Shown one piece after another: positions 19,447 through 28,678 of a stretch of DNA of 64,000 nt. The DNA is taken from positions 609 through 64,608 of the forward strand of contig SVTQ01000010.1 in NCBI GenBank assembly GCA_015063695.1, read 5' to 3'. The stretch is from Oscillospiraceae bacterium (GTDB lineage Bacteria; Bacillota; Clostridia; Oscillospirales; CAG-272). Position numbers and translations under genes: made by a program. Under the pieces are notes generated by a model, which worked only from the letters and a program-made list of their open reading frames with translations, ran no database searches and was not told where the DNA came from. Position 1 is the first letter of the stretch, and each line of letters begins with the position of its first letter.

Positions 19447-20757
19447 ATGAATTTCGAAAAAGCTAAAGAAAATGTCGCAAAAGGACTTTATAACAGTTTT
19501 TTTGCAGAAAAATCAGGAATTCCTTCTGACCGTATCTTTGAATACAAAAAAAAGCTGACGTGGCTCCTTAAACGTTTTGAGGAGCATTTCGGTGAAGCGT
19601 CGGAAAGAAACGTGCACCTTATTACCGTAGGCGGCAGAAGTGAAATATCGGGCAATCACACGGACCACAACTGCGGAAAGGTAATTGCCGCTTCGGTGGG
19701 CCTTTCCGTTCTGGCTGTTGTTTGCCCCCGCGACGACGGAATAATAAGACTCAAAAGCCACGGCTTTGATGAAGACCGTCTTACCGTCGGCGATATCGGG
19801 GAACCCGATGCAGAGAACTTCTTCAGTTCCGTATCCCTCATAGCAGGTACCGTAAAAGGCTTTGAAAAAAGAGGACTTAAGGTAGGCGGCTTTGATGCCT
19901 ACACCACCTCTGACGTACTCAAGGGCTCGGGACTTTCTTCCTCCGCCGCTTTTGAAGTAACCGTCGGAAAAATACTCTCCGTTCTTTACAACGAAGACAA
20001 TGTTTCAAATATCGAGCTTGCCAAGATCGCACAGTTTGCGGAAAACGTTTATTTCGGAAAGCCATGCGGTCTCATGGACCAGGCGGCATGTGCTGTTGGC
20101 GGTCTAATCACCGTAGACTTCGAAAACACCAAGGAGCCCGTTGTGGAAAAACTCGATTTTTCTCCCACAGACATGGGATACTCCCTCTGCATCATAGATA
20201 CGGGCGGATGCCATGCCGACCTCAACGACGAATACGCTTCAGTTACACGCGAAATGAAGGCTGTTGCCTCCGCTCTCGGAAAAGAAGTTCTGAGAGGGAC
20301 CGATGAAGAGGAAGTCTTGGGAAATCTTTCTCTCCTCCGCGAAAAATGCGGCGACCGCGCTATTCTCCGCGCTCTCCATTTTTTTGAAGAAAACAAGAGA
20401 GTTGACAAAATAGTCGCGGCATGCAAAGATAAAAATATTGACTCCTTCTTAAAAAACATCACCGCATCGGGAAATTCAAGCTTCAAATACCTTCAGAATC
20501 TCTATCCTCCCAAGGCACCGAACGAACAAGGACTTCCCCTTGCCCTTTTCCTCACTGAAAAATTTATTGCGGAAAACGGAAATAAGGGCGCCTGCCGAGT
20601 TCACGGAGGCGGTTTTGCAGGAACTGTACAAGCGTTCATTCCCACCGAGCTGAAGGACACTTATAAAGAACATATTGAAAAAGCTTTCGGCGAGGGCTCC
20701 TGCTACGTTCTGAACATCAGATCTGAAGGCGCAACGGATTTTACCGAAAGATTTTAA
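19447..20757 (+). CDS. galK: Galactokinase (GHMP kinase family)
   Basis: GGRSEISGNHTDHNCGKV (galactokinase signature region), GSGLSSSAAFEV (GHMP ATP motif), C-terminal RVHGGGFAGT. Confidence 0.8.
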   Translation: MNFEKAKENVAKGLYNSFFAEKSGIPSDRIFEYKKKLTWLLKRFEEHFGEASERNVHLITVGGRSEISGNHTDHNCGKVIAASVGLSVLAVVCPRDDGIIRLKSHGFDEDRLTVGDIGEPDAENFFSSVSLIAGTVKGFEKRGLKVGGFDAYTTSDVLKGSGLSSSAAFEVTVGKILSVLYNEDNVSNIELAKIAQFAENVYFGKPCGLMDQAACAVGGLITVDFENTKEPVVEKLDFSPTDMGYSLCIIDTGGCHADLNDEYASVTREMKAVASALGKEVLRGTDEEEVLGNLSLLREKCGDRAILRALHFFEENKRVDKIVAACKDKNIDSFLKNITASGNSSFKYLQNLYPPKAPNEQGLPLALFLTEKFIAENGNKGACRVHGGGFAGTVQAFIPTELKDTYKEHIEKAFGEGSCYVLNIRSEGATDFTERF

Positions 20758-20789
20758 CAATATCAAAAACAATTTACAGAGGCATTAAA

Positions 20790-21368
20790 ATGAAACTCAA
20801 TCTTCCCAATAAACTGACTTTGTTCAGAATATTTATGGTTCCCGTGTTTATGGTAATTGCCGTCGGTATTCCCATGAGCGACACTCTTTCAAGAATAGTC
20901 TCGGCGGCAGTCTTTCTCATTACCGCTTTGACCGATATGCTTGACGGAAAAATTGCGAGAAAATATGATCTTATAACAGATTTCGGCAAGTTTATGGATC
21001 CCCTTGCAGATAAATTCATCGTATTTGCCGCTCTTCTTGCAATTCTCGTAAAATTCGATTATCTTCAGGGCGTTTTCATCTGGGCGGCGGCAATAGTAAT
21101 GTTTCGCGAGCTTGCGGTCACTTCCATCAGACTTGTGGCGGCAGGCAAAGAAGGCATGGTTATTGCGGCAAGTTGGCTGGGCAAGGTCAAGACCGTGACT
21201 CAGATGACCTGCATTATGACAGTTTTCCTCGAGCCCGTCATCTTCCCCTTTGACTTCATTCAAAAATATCATCCCGTATCTTACGTAACTATTGCCGCTA
21301 TGACCGTGATGACCCTCTGGTCCGGCATCGACTATATCAAAACGTATTGGAAATTCATCAAACCGTAA
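20790..21368 (+). CDS. pgsA: CDP-diacylglycerol--glycerol-3-phosphate 3-phosphatidyltransferase
   Basis: NKLTLFRI start and CDP-alcohol transferase motif D-x2-DG-x2-AR-x8-G-x3-D-x3-D (DMLDGKIARKYDLITDFGKFMDPLADK). Confidence 0.9.
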   Translation: MKLNLPNKLTLFRIFMVPVFMVIAVGIPMSDTLSRIVSAAVFLITALTDMLDGKIARKYDLITDFGKFMDPLADKFIVFAALLAILVKFDYLQGVFIWAAAIVMFRELAVTSIRLVAAGKEGMVIAASWLGKVKTVTQMTCIMTVFLEPVIFPFDFIQKYHPVSYVTIAAMTVMTLWSGIDYIKTYWKFIKP

Positions 21369-21390
21369 AAACAGTGCACGGAGAAATATA

Positions 21391-21846
21391 ATGAAGAAAA
21401 TAACCAGCTTTACAGTTGACCACACAAAAATCGACCCCGGTCTTTTTATCTCCAGAAAAGACGGAGACGTCACCACCTATGATATGAGAGTAAAAAAGCC
21501 CAATGCGGGCGACTATATGTCTCATATTGAAATGCACTCTTTTGAGCACATGTTCGCAACTTATGTCAGAAACGGAGCCATAGCGGACAATGTTCTCTAT
21601 TTCGGCCCAATGGGCTGTCAAACAGGCTTCTACCTTCTCACTTCAAACGTACCCGACGAAGAAGTTCTTTCCGAAATAAGAGACGTTCTGGCAAAAATAA
21701 TCGCTCACGAAGGCGAAGTCTTCGGCGCATCTGAAATCGAATGCGGAAACTACCGCTGTCTCAACCTTGAAGCGGCAAAGAAGGTGGCAAAGGAGTACCT
21801 TTCCATTCTTGACGGCAGAGAAACAGACTTTCTCTACCACTGCTGA
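21391..21846 (+). CDS. luxS: S-ribosylhomocysteine lyase
   Basis: SFTVDHTK, HSFEH metal motif, GPMGCQTGFY. Confidence 0.93.
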   Translation: MKKITSFTVDHTKIDPGLFISRKDGDVTTYDMRVKKPNAGDYMSHIEMHSFEHMFATYVRNGAIADNVLYFGPMGCQTGFYLLTSNVPDEEVLSEIRDVLAKIIAHEGEVFGASEIECGNYRCLNLEAAKKVAKEYLSILDGRETDFLYHC

Positions 21847-21869
21847 AACTTGTAAGGAGAAAACGCTTT

Positions 21870-22559
21870 ATGATAGGAATTATCGGAGCTATGGAGGTTG
21901 AGGTCGCAGCCCTCAAAAGTGAAATAGAAAACAAAGAAGTGACCGAAATTTCGGGAATAGAGTTTGTAAAGGGAGATCTTTGCGGCAAAGAAGTAGTCGT
22001 TGCAAAGTGCGGAGTCGGCAAGGTTTTTGCCGCGCTCTGCGCCCAGACCATGATACTTAAATTCGCCCCCGACTGCATCATCAATACAGGCGTTGCGGGC
22101 TCACTTTCCGAAAAACTCGGCGTTTGCGACGTTGCGATTGCAGAGTCCGTCGTTCAGCATGATATGGACACATCCGCCATCGGTGACCCCGTTGGACTTA
22201 TTTCGGGAATCAATATTATAAACATCCCTGCTGACAAGAATGTATCTGAACTTCTCACGTCAGTTGTATCTGATCTCGGCATCAATACCTACGCAGGTGC
22301 TATCGCATCAGGCGACCAGTTTATCTCCTCTGCAGAAAAAAAGAGCTACATAACAAATACCTTCTGTGCAGTTGCCTGCGAAATGGAAGGCGCGGCAATC
22401 GGCCACGTTTGTTACGTAAACAATGTTCCCTTCGGAGTTGTCCGCGCTATTTCCGACAATGCGGACGGCACGTCTCACATGGACTTCCCCACCTTTGCGG
22501 CAAAGGCGGCTGAAATATCAATAAAGACCGTAAAAGAATTCGTAAAAAGAAAGAACTGA
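21870..22559 (+). CDS. mtnN: 5'-methylthioadenosine/S-adenosylhomocysteine nucleosidase
   Basis: MIGIIGAMEVEV start, CEMEGAAIGHV, VVRAISD motifs. Adjacent to luxS (activated methyl cycle). Confidence 0.92.
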   Translation: MIGIIGAMEVEVAALKSEIENKEVTEISGIEFVKGDLCGKEVVVAKCGVGKVFAALCAQTMILKFAPDCIINTGVAGSLSEKLGVCDVAIAESVVQHDMDTSAIGDPVGLISGINIINIPADKNVSELLTSVVSDLGINTYAGAIASGDQFISSAEKKSYITNTFCAVACEMEGAAIGHVCYVNNVPFGVVRAISDNADGTSHMDFPTFAAKAAEISIKTVKEFVKRKN

Positions 22560-22560
22560 A

Positions 22561-23001
22561 ATGATTCCAAAACAGAAAGATTTAACTATGTCAACTTCAA
22601 GGAAATTGCTTGAGACTTACCTTGCAAAGGATAACAACGAGCTCGTCTCTCTTGCAAAAGATGCTTACAGCAGAATAATGCCATTTTGCAAAAAGCTCTA
22701 CAATAACGAAAAAGACGGAGTTATAGTTCTTTTCACATTCATTATTACCGCTGTAGGTGCAGACTGTGAGCTCACTCCCCGCGAAAGAGCCTTTCTCCGC
22801 GAGGTCATAAAAGTAAGCGATGAGCTTATAATCAAATGTGTAAACGCCTTTAACCCTAAGATGGATACTCTTGCAGATACTCTTTTCGATAATTTCCCCA
22901 CAGACGTACGTAAAGATCTGCTCACCTTTATTCTCTGCGTCCTCGCCTCGGACGGAGTTACCCGCGAGGAAACGGAATTTTTGAGAATTCTTCTGGCATA
23001 G
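22561..23001 (+). CDS. Hypothetical protein, possibly TerB-like
   Basis: Two helical repeats carrying AD(C/G)ELTPRERAFL and SDGVTREETEFL, reminiscent of TerB/DjlA N-domains. Weak assignment. Confidence 0.35.
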   Translation: MIPKQKDLTMSTSRKLLETYLAKDNNELVSLAKDAYSRIMPFCKKLYNNEKDGVIVLFTFIITAVGADCELTPRERAFLREVIKVSDELIIKCVNAFNPKMDTLADTLFDNFPTDVRKDLLTFILCVLASDGVTREETEFLRILLA

Positions 23002-23010
23002 CATAAAAGA

Positions 23011-23066
23011 GAACCCCTTACTAAAGAGAACCCCAAGCCGTCTTACGACAGCTTGAGGACCCCTTG
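23011..23066 (+). repeat. REP-like element, solo middle module (M3)
   Basis: Reverse complement AGGGGTCCTCAAGCTGTCGTAAGACGGCTTGGGGTTCTCTTTAGTAAGGGGTT aligns with the insert of copy C (30503..30553: AGGGGTCCTCAAGCTATCTCAGATAGCTTGGGGTTCTCGTTTGTTGGGGTT). Confidence 0.65.
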
Positions 23067-23073
23067 TCAAACG

Positions 23074-23105
23074 AAAAATGCACTGTATTACGCAGTGCAT
23101 TTTTT
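23074..23105. terminator. Bidirectional terminator between convergent genes
   Basis: AAAAATGCACTG-TATTACG-CAGTGCATTTTT. A-run and T-run flank a GC-containing stem. Confidence 0.75.
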
Positions 23106-23111
23106 CTTGTA

Positions 23112-24308
23112 TTAAAGATTGTATTCTTCAGCAAGCTTTTTGAAAGCAGGAAGAGCGCGTTTTATCATGTCAGTCGAAACGCAGTAGGAAATACGAACGT
23201 AACCGCTGCAACCGAAGGAATCGGAAGGAACGAGAAGAAGCTCGTACTTTTTAGCTCTTTCACAAAAAGCGGAAGCATCCTCCTCGGGAGATCTCATAAA
23301 GAGATAGAAGGCTCCGTCGGGATGAACACAGCTGAATCCGTATTCGGTAAGAGAATTATAGAGCAGGTCACGGTTTTCGCGGTAAACCCCAATATCCGCT
23401 GTTTTGCCGAGACACTCGGCAACAACCCTCTGCATCATGGAAGGAGCACAAACGAAGCCGAGGGCTCTGCCTGCCCCGCAGATCGCAGCGTATATCTCTC
23501 TGTTATCGGGCATATTTCTGCCGATGGCAATATAACCGATACGCTCACCGGGAAGAGAGAGAGACTTACTGAAGGAATAGCACACAACAGAGGCATCGTA
23601 GCAATTGATAAGATAAGGAACCTCTGTGCTGTCGTCGTAAACAAGCTCTCTGTAAGGCTCGTCGGCAATAAGATATATGATATGACCGTACTCTTTGCTC
23701 TTTGCTTTTAAAAGGGCGCAAAGCTTTTCTATACAGTCGGGAGTGAGAACGACACCCGTGGGATTATTGGGGGTATTGATAATTACAGCCTTTGTTTTTT
23801 CTGAAAGAGTTTTTTCAAGGGCATCAAAGTCAATTCTGAAGCCTTCGGTGTCGGCAGGCACTACTGCAAGAGTTGCTCCCGCGTTTTCCGCAAAAACTCT
23901 GTACTCGGGGAAAAAGGGGGCGATAGCTACGACCTCGTCTCCCTCGCAAACGATGGCATTAAGAGTAACCGTAAGAGATGCCGCCGCGCCGCAGGTCATA
24001 TAGATATCATCCTTTGTAACGTCAGCACCGAAGCGTTTTTTAATATCCTCGGAAATGGCAATTCTGACCTTTTCGTCACCCTGAGCGGACGTGTAACCGT
24101 GAAGAGCTACGGGGCCCATGTTCTCCATAAGGCTCTTTATTGTGCCGTCAACGATCTCGGGAGCAGGTACGCTGGGATTTCCGAGGCTGAAATCGAAAAT
24201 ATTTTCTCTGCCTATCTCTTTCGCTCTGTTGTTTCCGTATTCAAATATCTCTCGGATAACGGAACGGACCGTTCCGAGAGCAACCATTTTCTTATTGATG
24301 TTTGCCAT
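23112..24308 (-). CDS. Class I pyridoxal-phosphate aminotransferase (aspartate/aromatic type)
   Basis: PLP-lysine motif SFSKSLSLPGERIGY, NPTG motif (NTPNNPTGVV). About 400 aa. Last gene of the iorAB-paaK-ACT string (46-nt gap from the ACT gene). Confidence 0.88.
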   Translation of the reverse strand: MANINKKMVALGTVRSVIREIFEYGNNRAKEIGRENIFDFSLGNPSVPAPEIVDGTIKSLMENMGPVALHGYTSAQGDEKVRIAISEDIKKRFGADVTKDDIYMTCGAAASLTVTLNAIVCEGDEVVAIAPFFPEYRVFAENAGATLAVVPADTEGFRIDFDALEKTLSEKTKAVIINTPNNPTGVVLTPDCIEKLCALLKAKSKEYGHIIYLIADEPYRELVYDDSTEVPYLINCYDASVVCYSFSKSLSLPGERIGYIAIGRNMPDNREIYAAICGAGRALGFVCAPSMMQRVVAECLGKTADIGVYRENRDLLYNSLTEYGFSCVHPDGAFYLFMRSPEEDASAFCERAKKYELLLVPSDSFGCSGYVRISYCVSTDMIKRALPAFKKLAEEYNL

Positions 24309-24354
24309 AAATTCTCCATATACGGGTGAAGAGGGAAAATCTCCCTCTCCTCCG

Positions 24355-24783
24355 TCAATTTTTTATCGTTTCCTCGTCAAGAAGCTCAATTCCTGCATCT
24401 GTCAGGACCTTTTCCGCCTTTTCGGAATCGTCTGTTCTCATTACGGTGAAAGCCTTTTCGGTTCTTGTTGTAACGAGAGCATACATATATTCGATGTTTA
24501 CGCCGTTTGCCTCAAGAACGCTGAGGGCATGGGCAAGTCCGCCGGGAACGTCGGGAACTGCAAAAGCAGTAACTTCTCTGATACTCGCGGTGTGGCCTGC
24601 TTCGCGAAGAACTTCAACCGCTTCCTCGGGACGGTCAGCGATGATACGGACTATACCGTAGTCGCTGGTATCTGCAACACACATGGTACGAAGGTCGATA
24701 CCTGCCGCTGCAATTACGTCGGTGATCTCGTGGAGAGTACCTCTTTTATTTTCACAAAATACGGATAACTGTTTAATTCCCAT
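24355..24783 (-). CDS. Tandem ACT-domain protein
   Basis: Two ~65-aa ACT-like halves (LSVFCENKRGTLHEIT..., FAVPDVPGGLAHALS...). This protein type commonly accompanies paaK-like ligases. Confidence 0.75.
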   Translation of the reverse strand: MGIKQLSVFCENKRGTLHEITDVIAAAGIDLRTMCVADTSDYGIVRIIADRPEEAVEVLREAGHTASIREVTAFAVPDVPGGLAHALSVLEANGVNIEYMYALVTTRTEKAFTVMRTDDSEKAEKVLTDAGIELLDEETIKN

Positions 24784-24834
24784 ATCATTTTCTCCTAAAA
24801 ATTATTTCAATGGTTGTTGCGATAAAACTGTTTA

Positions 24835-26148
24835 TCAGTCATGCAGCTTTCTCTTGTCTACTATTCTTACAGCCTTGCCTTCGCTTCTTGCGATAGTCTT
24901 AGGAGCAACAAGGTGAACTGCAGGGCCGATACCCAGCATACTTCTGAGGGCATCACGCAAAGATTTTTCCTTTGCCGCGATGGTCTTTACGGAGTCGTCA
25001 AACTGCTCGGGGGGAAGCTCCACGTATACGTCGAAGGTGTCCGAATTGTTCACGCGTGACAGCTCTATCTGATAGTTGGGAGAGAAGCCTTCCTTAAGAA
25101 GCACCGCTTCTATCTGTGAGGGGAATACGTTTACGCCTCTTATGATCATCATATCGTCGCTTCTGCCCATGGGCTTTGCCATGCGGATGAAGGTTCTTCC
25201 GCAGGAGCACTTTTCGCGGGAGAGAACGCAGATGTCACGGGTACGGTAACGAAGCATGGGAAAAGCTTCTTTGTCAAGACATGTAAATACAAGCTCGCCC
25301 TTTGTTCCTTCGGGAAGAACTTCTCCGGTTTCGGGATTGATTATCTCAGCAAGAAAGTGGTCCTCGTTTATGTGCATACCACCCTGCTCTTCACACTCAA
25401 AGGAAACGCCGGGACCGGAAATTTCCGTAAGTCCGTAAATATCGTATGCCTTGATGCCGAGAGTTTCTTCGATATTTTTTCTGATCTCTGCAGTCCAAGG
25501 CTCTGCGCCGAAGATACCTGCCTTGAGAGGAATAGTGTCGGGAGTATATCCCATTTCCTTAAGGCTCTCGCCGAGGTATGCGGCATAAGAGGGAGTACAG
25601 CAAAGAACTGTGGCTTTAAGGTCAGTCATAAACTGGATCTGTCTTTCTGTATTACCCGAAGACATGGGAAGTGTAAGGCAACCAACCTTATGGGAGCCGC
25701 CGTTGAGACCGGGACCGCCCGTAAACAGACCGTAACCGTAGCTTACCTGAACAACGTCACTCTTATCTGCACCTGCCGCAACAAGAGCTCTTGCGCAGCA
25801 GTCTTCCCAAAGGTCGATATCCTGCTGTGTGTAATATGCGATAACTCTCTTGCCCGTTGTGCCCGAGGTGGACTGAATACGAACACAGTCTTCAAGGGGC
25901 TTTGCAAGCATACCGTAAGGATAATTATCACGAAGATCGCTCTTTTCGATAAAAGGAAGCTTGTGAAGATCCTCTATACCCTTTATGTCATCGGGGGTAA
26001 CGCCCTTCGCCTCCATTTTAGCTCTGTAATAGGGAACGTTATCCCATACATGCTTTACCTGTTTTACCAGCTTTTCCGACTGAAGCTTTTTGATCTCTTC
26101 AACGGGCATAGTTTCAAATTCAGGCTGATAATACTTTTTGTTTTCCAT
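24835..26148 (-). CDS. paaK: Phenylacetate--CoA ligase family (AMP-forming)
   Basis: STSGTTGKRV adenylation motif, YGLTE, C-terminal subdomain typical of PaaK. About 437 aa. Confidence 0.88.
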   Translation of the reverse strand: MENKKYYQPEFETMPVEEIKKLQSEKLVKQVKHVWDNVPYYRAKMEAKGVTPDDIKGIEDLHKLPFIEKSDLRDNYPYGMLAKPLEDCVRIQSTSGTTGKRVIAYYTQQDIDLWEDCCARALVAAGADKSDVVQVSYGYGLFTGGPGLNGGSHKVGCLTLPMSSGNTERQIQFMTDLKATVLCCTPSYAAYLGESLKEMGYTPDTIPLKAGIFGAEPWTAEIRKNIEETLGIKAYDIYGLTEISGPGVSFECEEQGGMHINEDHFLAEIINPETGEVLPEGTKGELVFTCLDKEAFPMLRYRTRDICVLSREKCSCGRTFIRMAKPMGRSDDMMIIRGVNVFPSQIEAVLLKEGFSPNYQIELSRVNNSDTFDVYVELPPEQFDDSVKTIAAKEKSLRDALRSMLGIGPAVHLVAPKTIARSEGKAVRIVDKRKLHD

Positions 26149-26193
26149 TAAATAACCTTCTTCCGTGTTGGAATAAAATATAATATTTTAACT

Positions 26194-26763
26194 TTAGTTT
26201 CTACCTAAAGCAAAAGCCTTTTTGTTCATTTCAACAAATTTCGGCGCCACTGATTTTTCAATAGCGGCGATCCATTTTTCCTCGGGGATGTCAAGATACT
26301 TTGAAAGTCTTCCCATGAGAACGATATTTACAGCCTTTGAAGAGCCTGCTTCAAGAGCGGGAGTGAGAGCGTCGATGGCATCAACCGAGACACCCTTTTC
26401 GGAAAGACCTTCGAGAATACCGTGGGGATATTCTGCGGCTCCCGTGATTACGGGCATAGGGTCTATCTCCTGAGAATTCACGATAATCTTTCCGCCTTCC
26501 TTAAGACAGTCCGCATAACGAGCCGCTTCAAGCTTTTCAAAGGAAACGATAAAGTCTGCCTCGCCCTTGTCGATTATGGGAGAATATACTTTTTCACCTG
26601 CGCGAACGTAAGTCACAACGCTTCCTCCGCGCTGGCTCATACCGTGAACCTCGGAAACCTTTACGTCATAGCCCTCGTCAACAAGAAGTCTGCCAAGGAG
26701 CTTACTTGCGAGAAGAGAGCCCTGACCGCCGACACCTACTATCATTATATCAGCACTTTTCAT
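26194..26763 (-). CDS. iorB: Indolepyruvate:ferredoxin oxidoreductase, beta subunit
   Basis: IVGVGGQGSLLAS nucleotide-fold start. About 190 aa. Start overlaps the iorA stop. Confidence 0.88.
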   Translation of the reverse strand: MKSADIMIVGVGGQGSLLASKLLGRLLVDEGYDVKVSEVHGMSQRGGSVVTYVRAGEKVYSPIIDKGEADFIVSFEKLEAARYADCLKEGGKIIVNSQEIDPMPVITGAAEYPHGILEGLSEKGVSVDAIDALTPALEAGSSKAVNIVLMGRLSKYLDIPEEKWIAAIEKSVAPKFVEMNKKAFALGRN

Positions 26764-28502
26764 TATTCTTCACCTCCGACAATGGCTTTGAAGGGACAGA
26801 GCTGCTTGCACAGACCGCATCCCGTACAGAGAGTTGCATCAATAAACGCTTTGCCGTCCTTCATACTGATGGCAGGACAGCCTATCTTCATGCACGCCTT
26901 ACAGGAACGGCACTTGTCAGTATCAATGGTGAGGGCGGGAGCCGCCTTTACGTACTTGAGAAGAGCGCAGGGGCGTCTTGAAATAATTACGGAGGGTTCG
27001 TTTGCGGCAACCTCTTCACGGATGACCGCTTCCGTTTCCTTGAGGTCGTAGGGGTCAACGACTCTCACGCGGTTTATACCGAGAGCGCGGCAAAGAGCCT
27101 CAAGATCGATCTTGCCTGCAGGGTCGCCCTTGATGTTATATCCCGTTGTGGGATTATGCTGGTGGCCTGTCATGCCTGTGATGGAGTTGTCAACTATAAT
27201 AACGGTGGAATTCGTACCGTTGTAAGCGATATTTGCAAGGCCCGTCATACCTGAGTGCATAAAGGTGGAGTCACCGATAACGCAGACAGTCTTGTTTTCG
27301 CTCTTTTCGCCGAGAGCCTTGTTGAAGCCGTGAATACCCGAAACGGATGCGCCCATACAAAGCACGCTGTCGAGAGCACCGAGGGGAGCGGCAGAACCGA
27401 GAGTATAGCAACCTATATCGCCGAGAGCCGTGAGCTTATTCTTTGAAAGGATATAGAACAGTCCGCGGTGAGGACATCCTGCACACATAACGGGAGGACG
27501 GACGGGTATTGCTTCCTCGCTCTTTGTAAACTTCTTTTCGTCAAGACCGAAAGCCTTCGCGATAAGTCCCTGAGAAAATTCTCCGCAGATGGGAAGGATA
27601 TTCTTTCCGTCAACATCGATGCCCAGTGCCTTACAGTGGTTTTCGATAACGGGGTCAAGCTCTTCGATAACTACAACCCTTTCAACCTTTTCCGCAAAGT
27701 CCTTAATAATATCTACGGGAAGGGGATTTACAAGACCGAGCTTAAGCACGGAAACTCTGTCGCCGAAAACTTCCTTTACGTAGTCGTAGGAAGTACCTGC
27801 GGTGATGATGCCAAGCTTTTTGTCCTCTGCCCATTCAACGCGGTTGAGGGGAGAGGTCTCGGCGAGAGCCGTAAGCTTTTCGCATCTCTCTTCAACGAAG
27901 GGATGGCGGCGGATAGCATTTGCAGGAGCCATTATGTATTTCTGAGGAGCTTTTACGTATTCTTTTGTTTCGATGGCTTTAGGCTCACATGCTTCGACGA
28001 TACCCTGAGAGTGAGCAATTCTTGTGCACATACGGAGAATTACGGGAGTGTCGTATTCTTCGGAAAGCTCAAAAGCGATCTTTGTAAATTCCTTTGCCTC
28101 GAAAGAATCGGAGGGCTCAAGCATGGGAACCTTTGATGCTATGGCATAGTGACGGGAGTCCTGCTCGTTCTGAGAGGAGTGCATGCCGGGGTCGTCGGCA
28201 ACGCAGACAACAAGACCGCCGTTAACTCCCGTATAGGAGAGGGTAAAGAGAGGATCAGCCGCCACGTTAAGTCCTACGTGCTTCATGCAGCAAGCGCTTC
28301 TCGCTCCTGCAAGGGATGCACCGAAAGCAACCTCAAGGGCAACCTTTTCGTTGGGAGCCCATTCGGAGTAGATTTCATCATATTTTGCGGCAAACTCCGT
28401 AATTTCAGTGGAGGGAGTGCCGGGATAGCTTGAAACTACAGCACAGCCTGCTTCATAAAGACCGCGGGCAACTGCTTCGTTTCCTAACATAAGTCTTTTC
28501 AT
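26763..28502 (-). CDS. iorA: Indolepyruvate:ferredoxin oxidoreductase, alpha subunit
   Basis: N-terminal GNEAVARG..SYPGTPSTE, TPP-binding GDSTFMHSG, two C-terminal CxxCxxCxxxCP ferredoxin motifs. Confidence 0.9.
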   Translation of the reverse strand: MKRLMLGNEAVARGLYEAGCAVVSSYPGTPSTEITEFAAKYDEIYSEWAPNEKVALEVAFGASLAGARSACCMKHVGLNVAADPLFTLSYTGVNGGLVVCVADDPGMHSSQNEQDSRHYAIASKVPMLEPSDSFEAKEFTKIAFELSEEYDTPVILRMCTRIAHSQGIVEACEPKAIETKEYVKAPQKYIMAPANAIRRHPFVEERCEKLTALAETSPLNRVEWAEDKKLGIITAGTSYDYVKEVFGDRVSVLKLGLVNPLPVDIIKDFAEKVERVVVIEELDPVIENHCKALGIDVDGKNILPICGEFSQGLIAKAFGLDEKKFTKSEEAIPVRPPVMCAGCPHRGLFYILSKNKLTALGDIGCYTLGSAAPLGALDSVLCMGASVSGIHGFNKALGEKSENKTVCVIGDSTFMHSGMTGLANIAYNGTNSTVIIVDNSITGMTGHQHNPTTGYNIKGDPAGKIDLEALCRALGINRVRVVDPYDLKETEAVIREEVAANEPSVIISRRPCALLKYVKAAPALTIDTDKCRSCKACMKIGCPAISMKDGKAFIDATLCTGCGLCKQLCPFKAIVGGEE

Positions 28503-28636
28503 TGAGGATCTCCGTTTTATATATACAAGTGTATGAGATTTTTAAGATATTTTATATTATAATACAAACCAAGTTATAATTCAATATAAAATTTATAATA
28601 CAAGAAGAAAATTTGTATAAAAAGCCACAAGACAAG

Positions 28637-28662
28637 CATCGGGTACCGTTTGGCACCCGATG
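28637..28662 (-). terminator. Terminator of the symporter gene
   Basis: On the minus strand: CAUCGGGUGCC-AAAC-GGUACCCGAUG, followed by a U-rich tract. The single imperfect pair is G-U on the minus strand but A-C on the plus strand. Confidence 0.7.
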
Positions 28663-28678
28663 CGGATATTCCACGAAA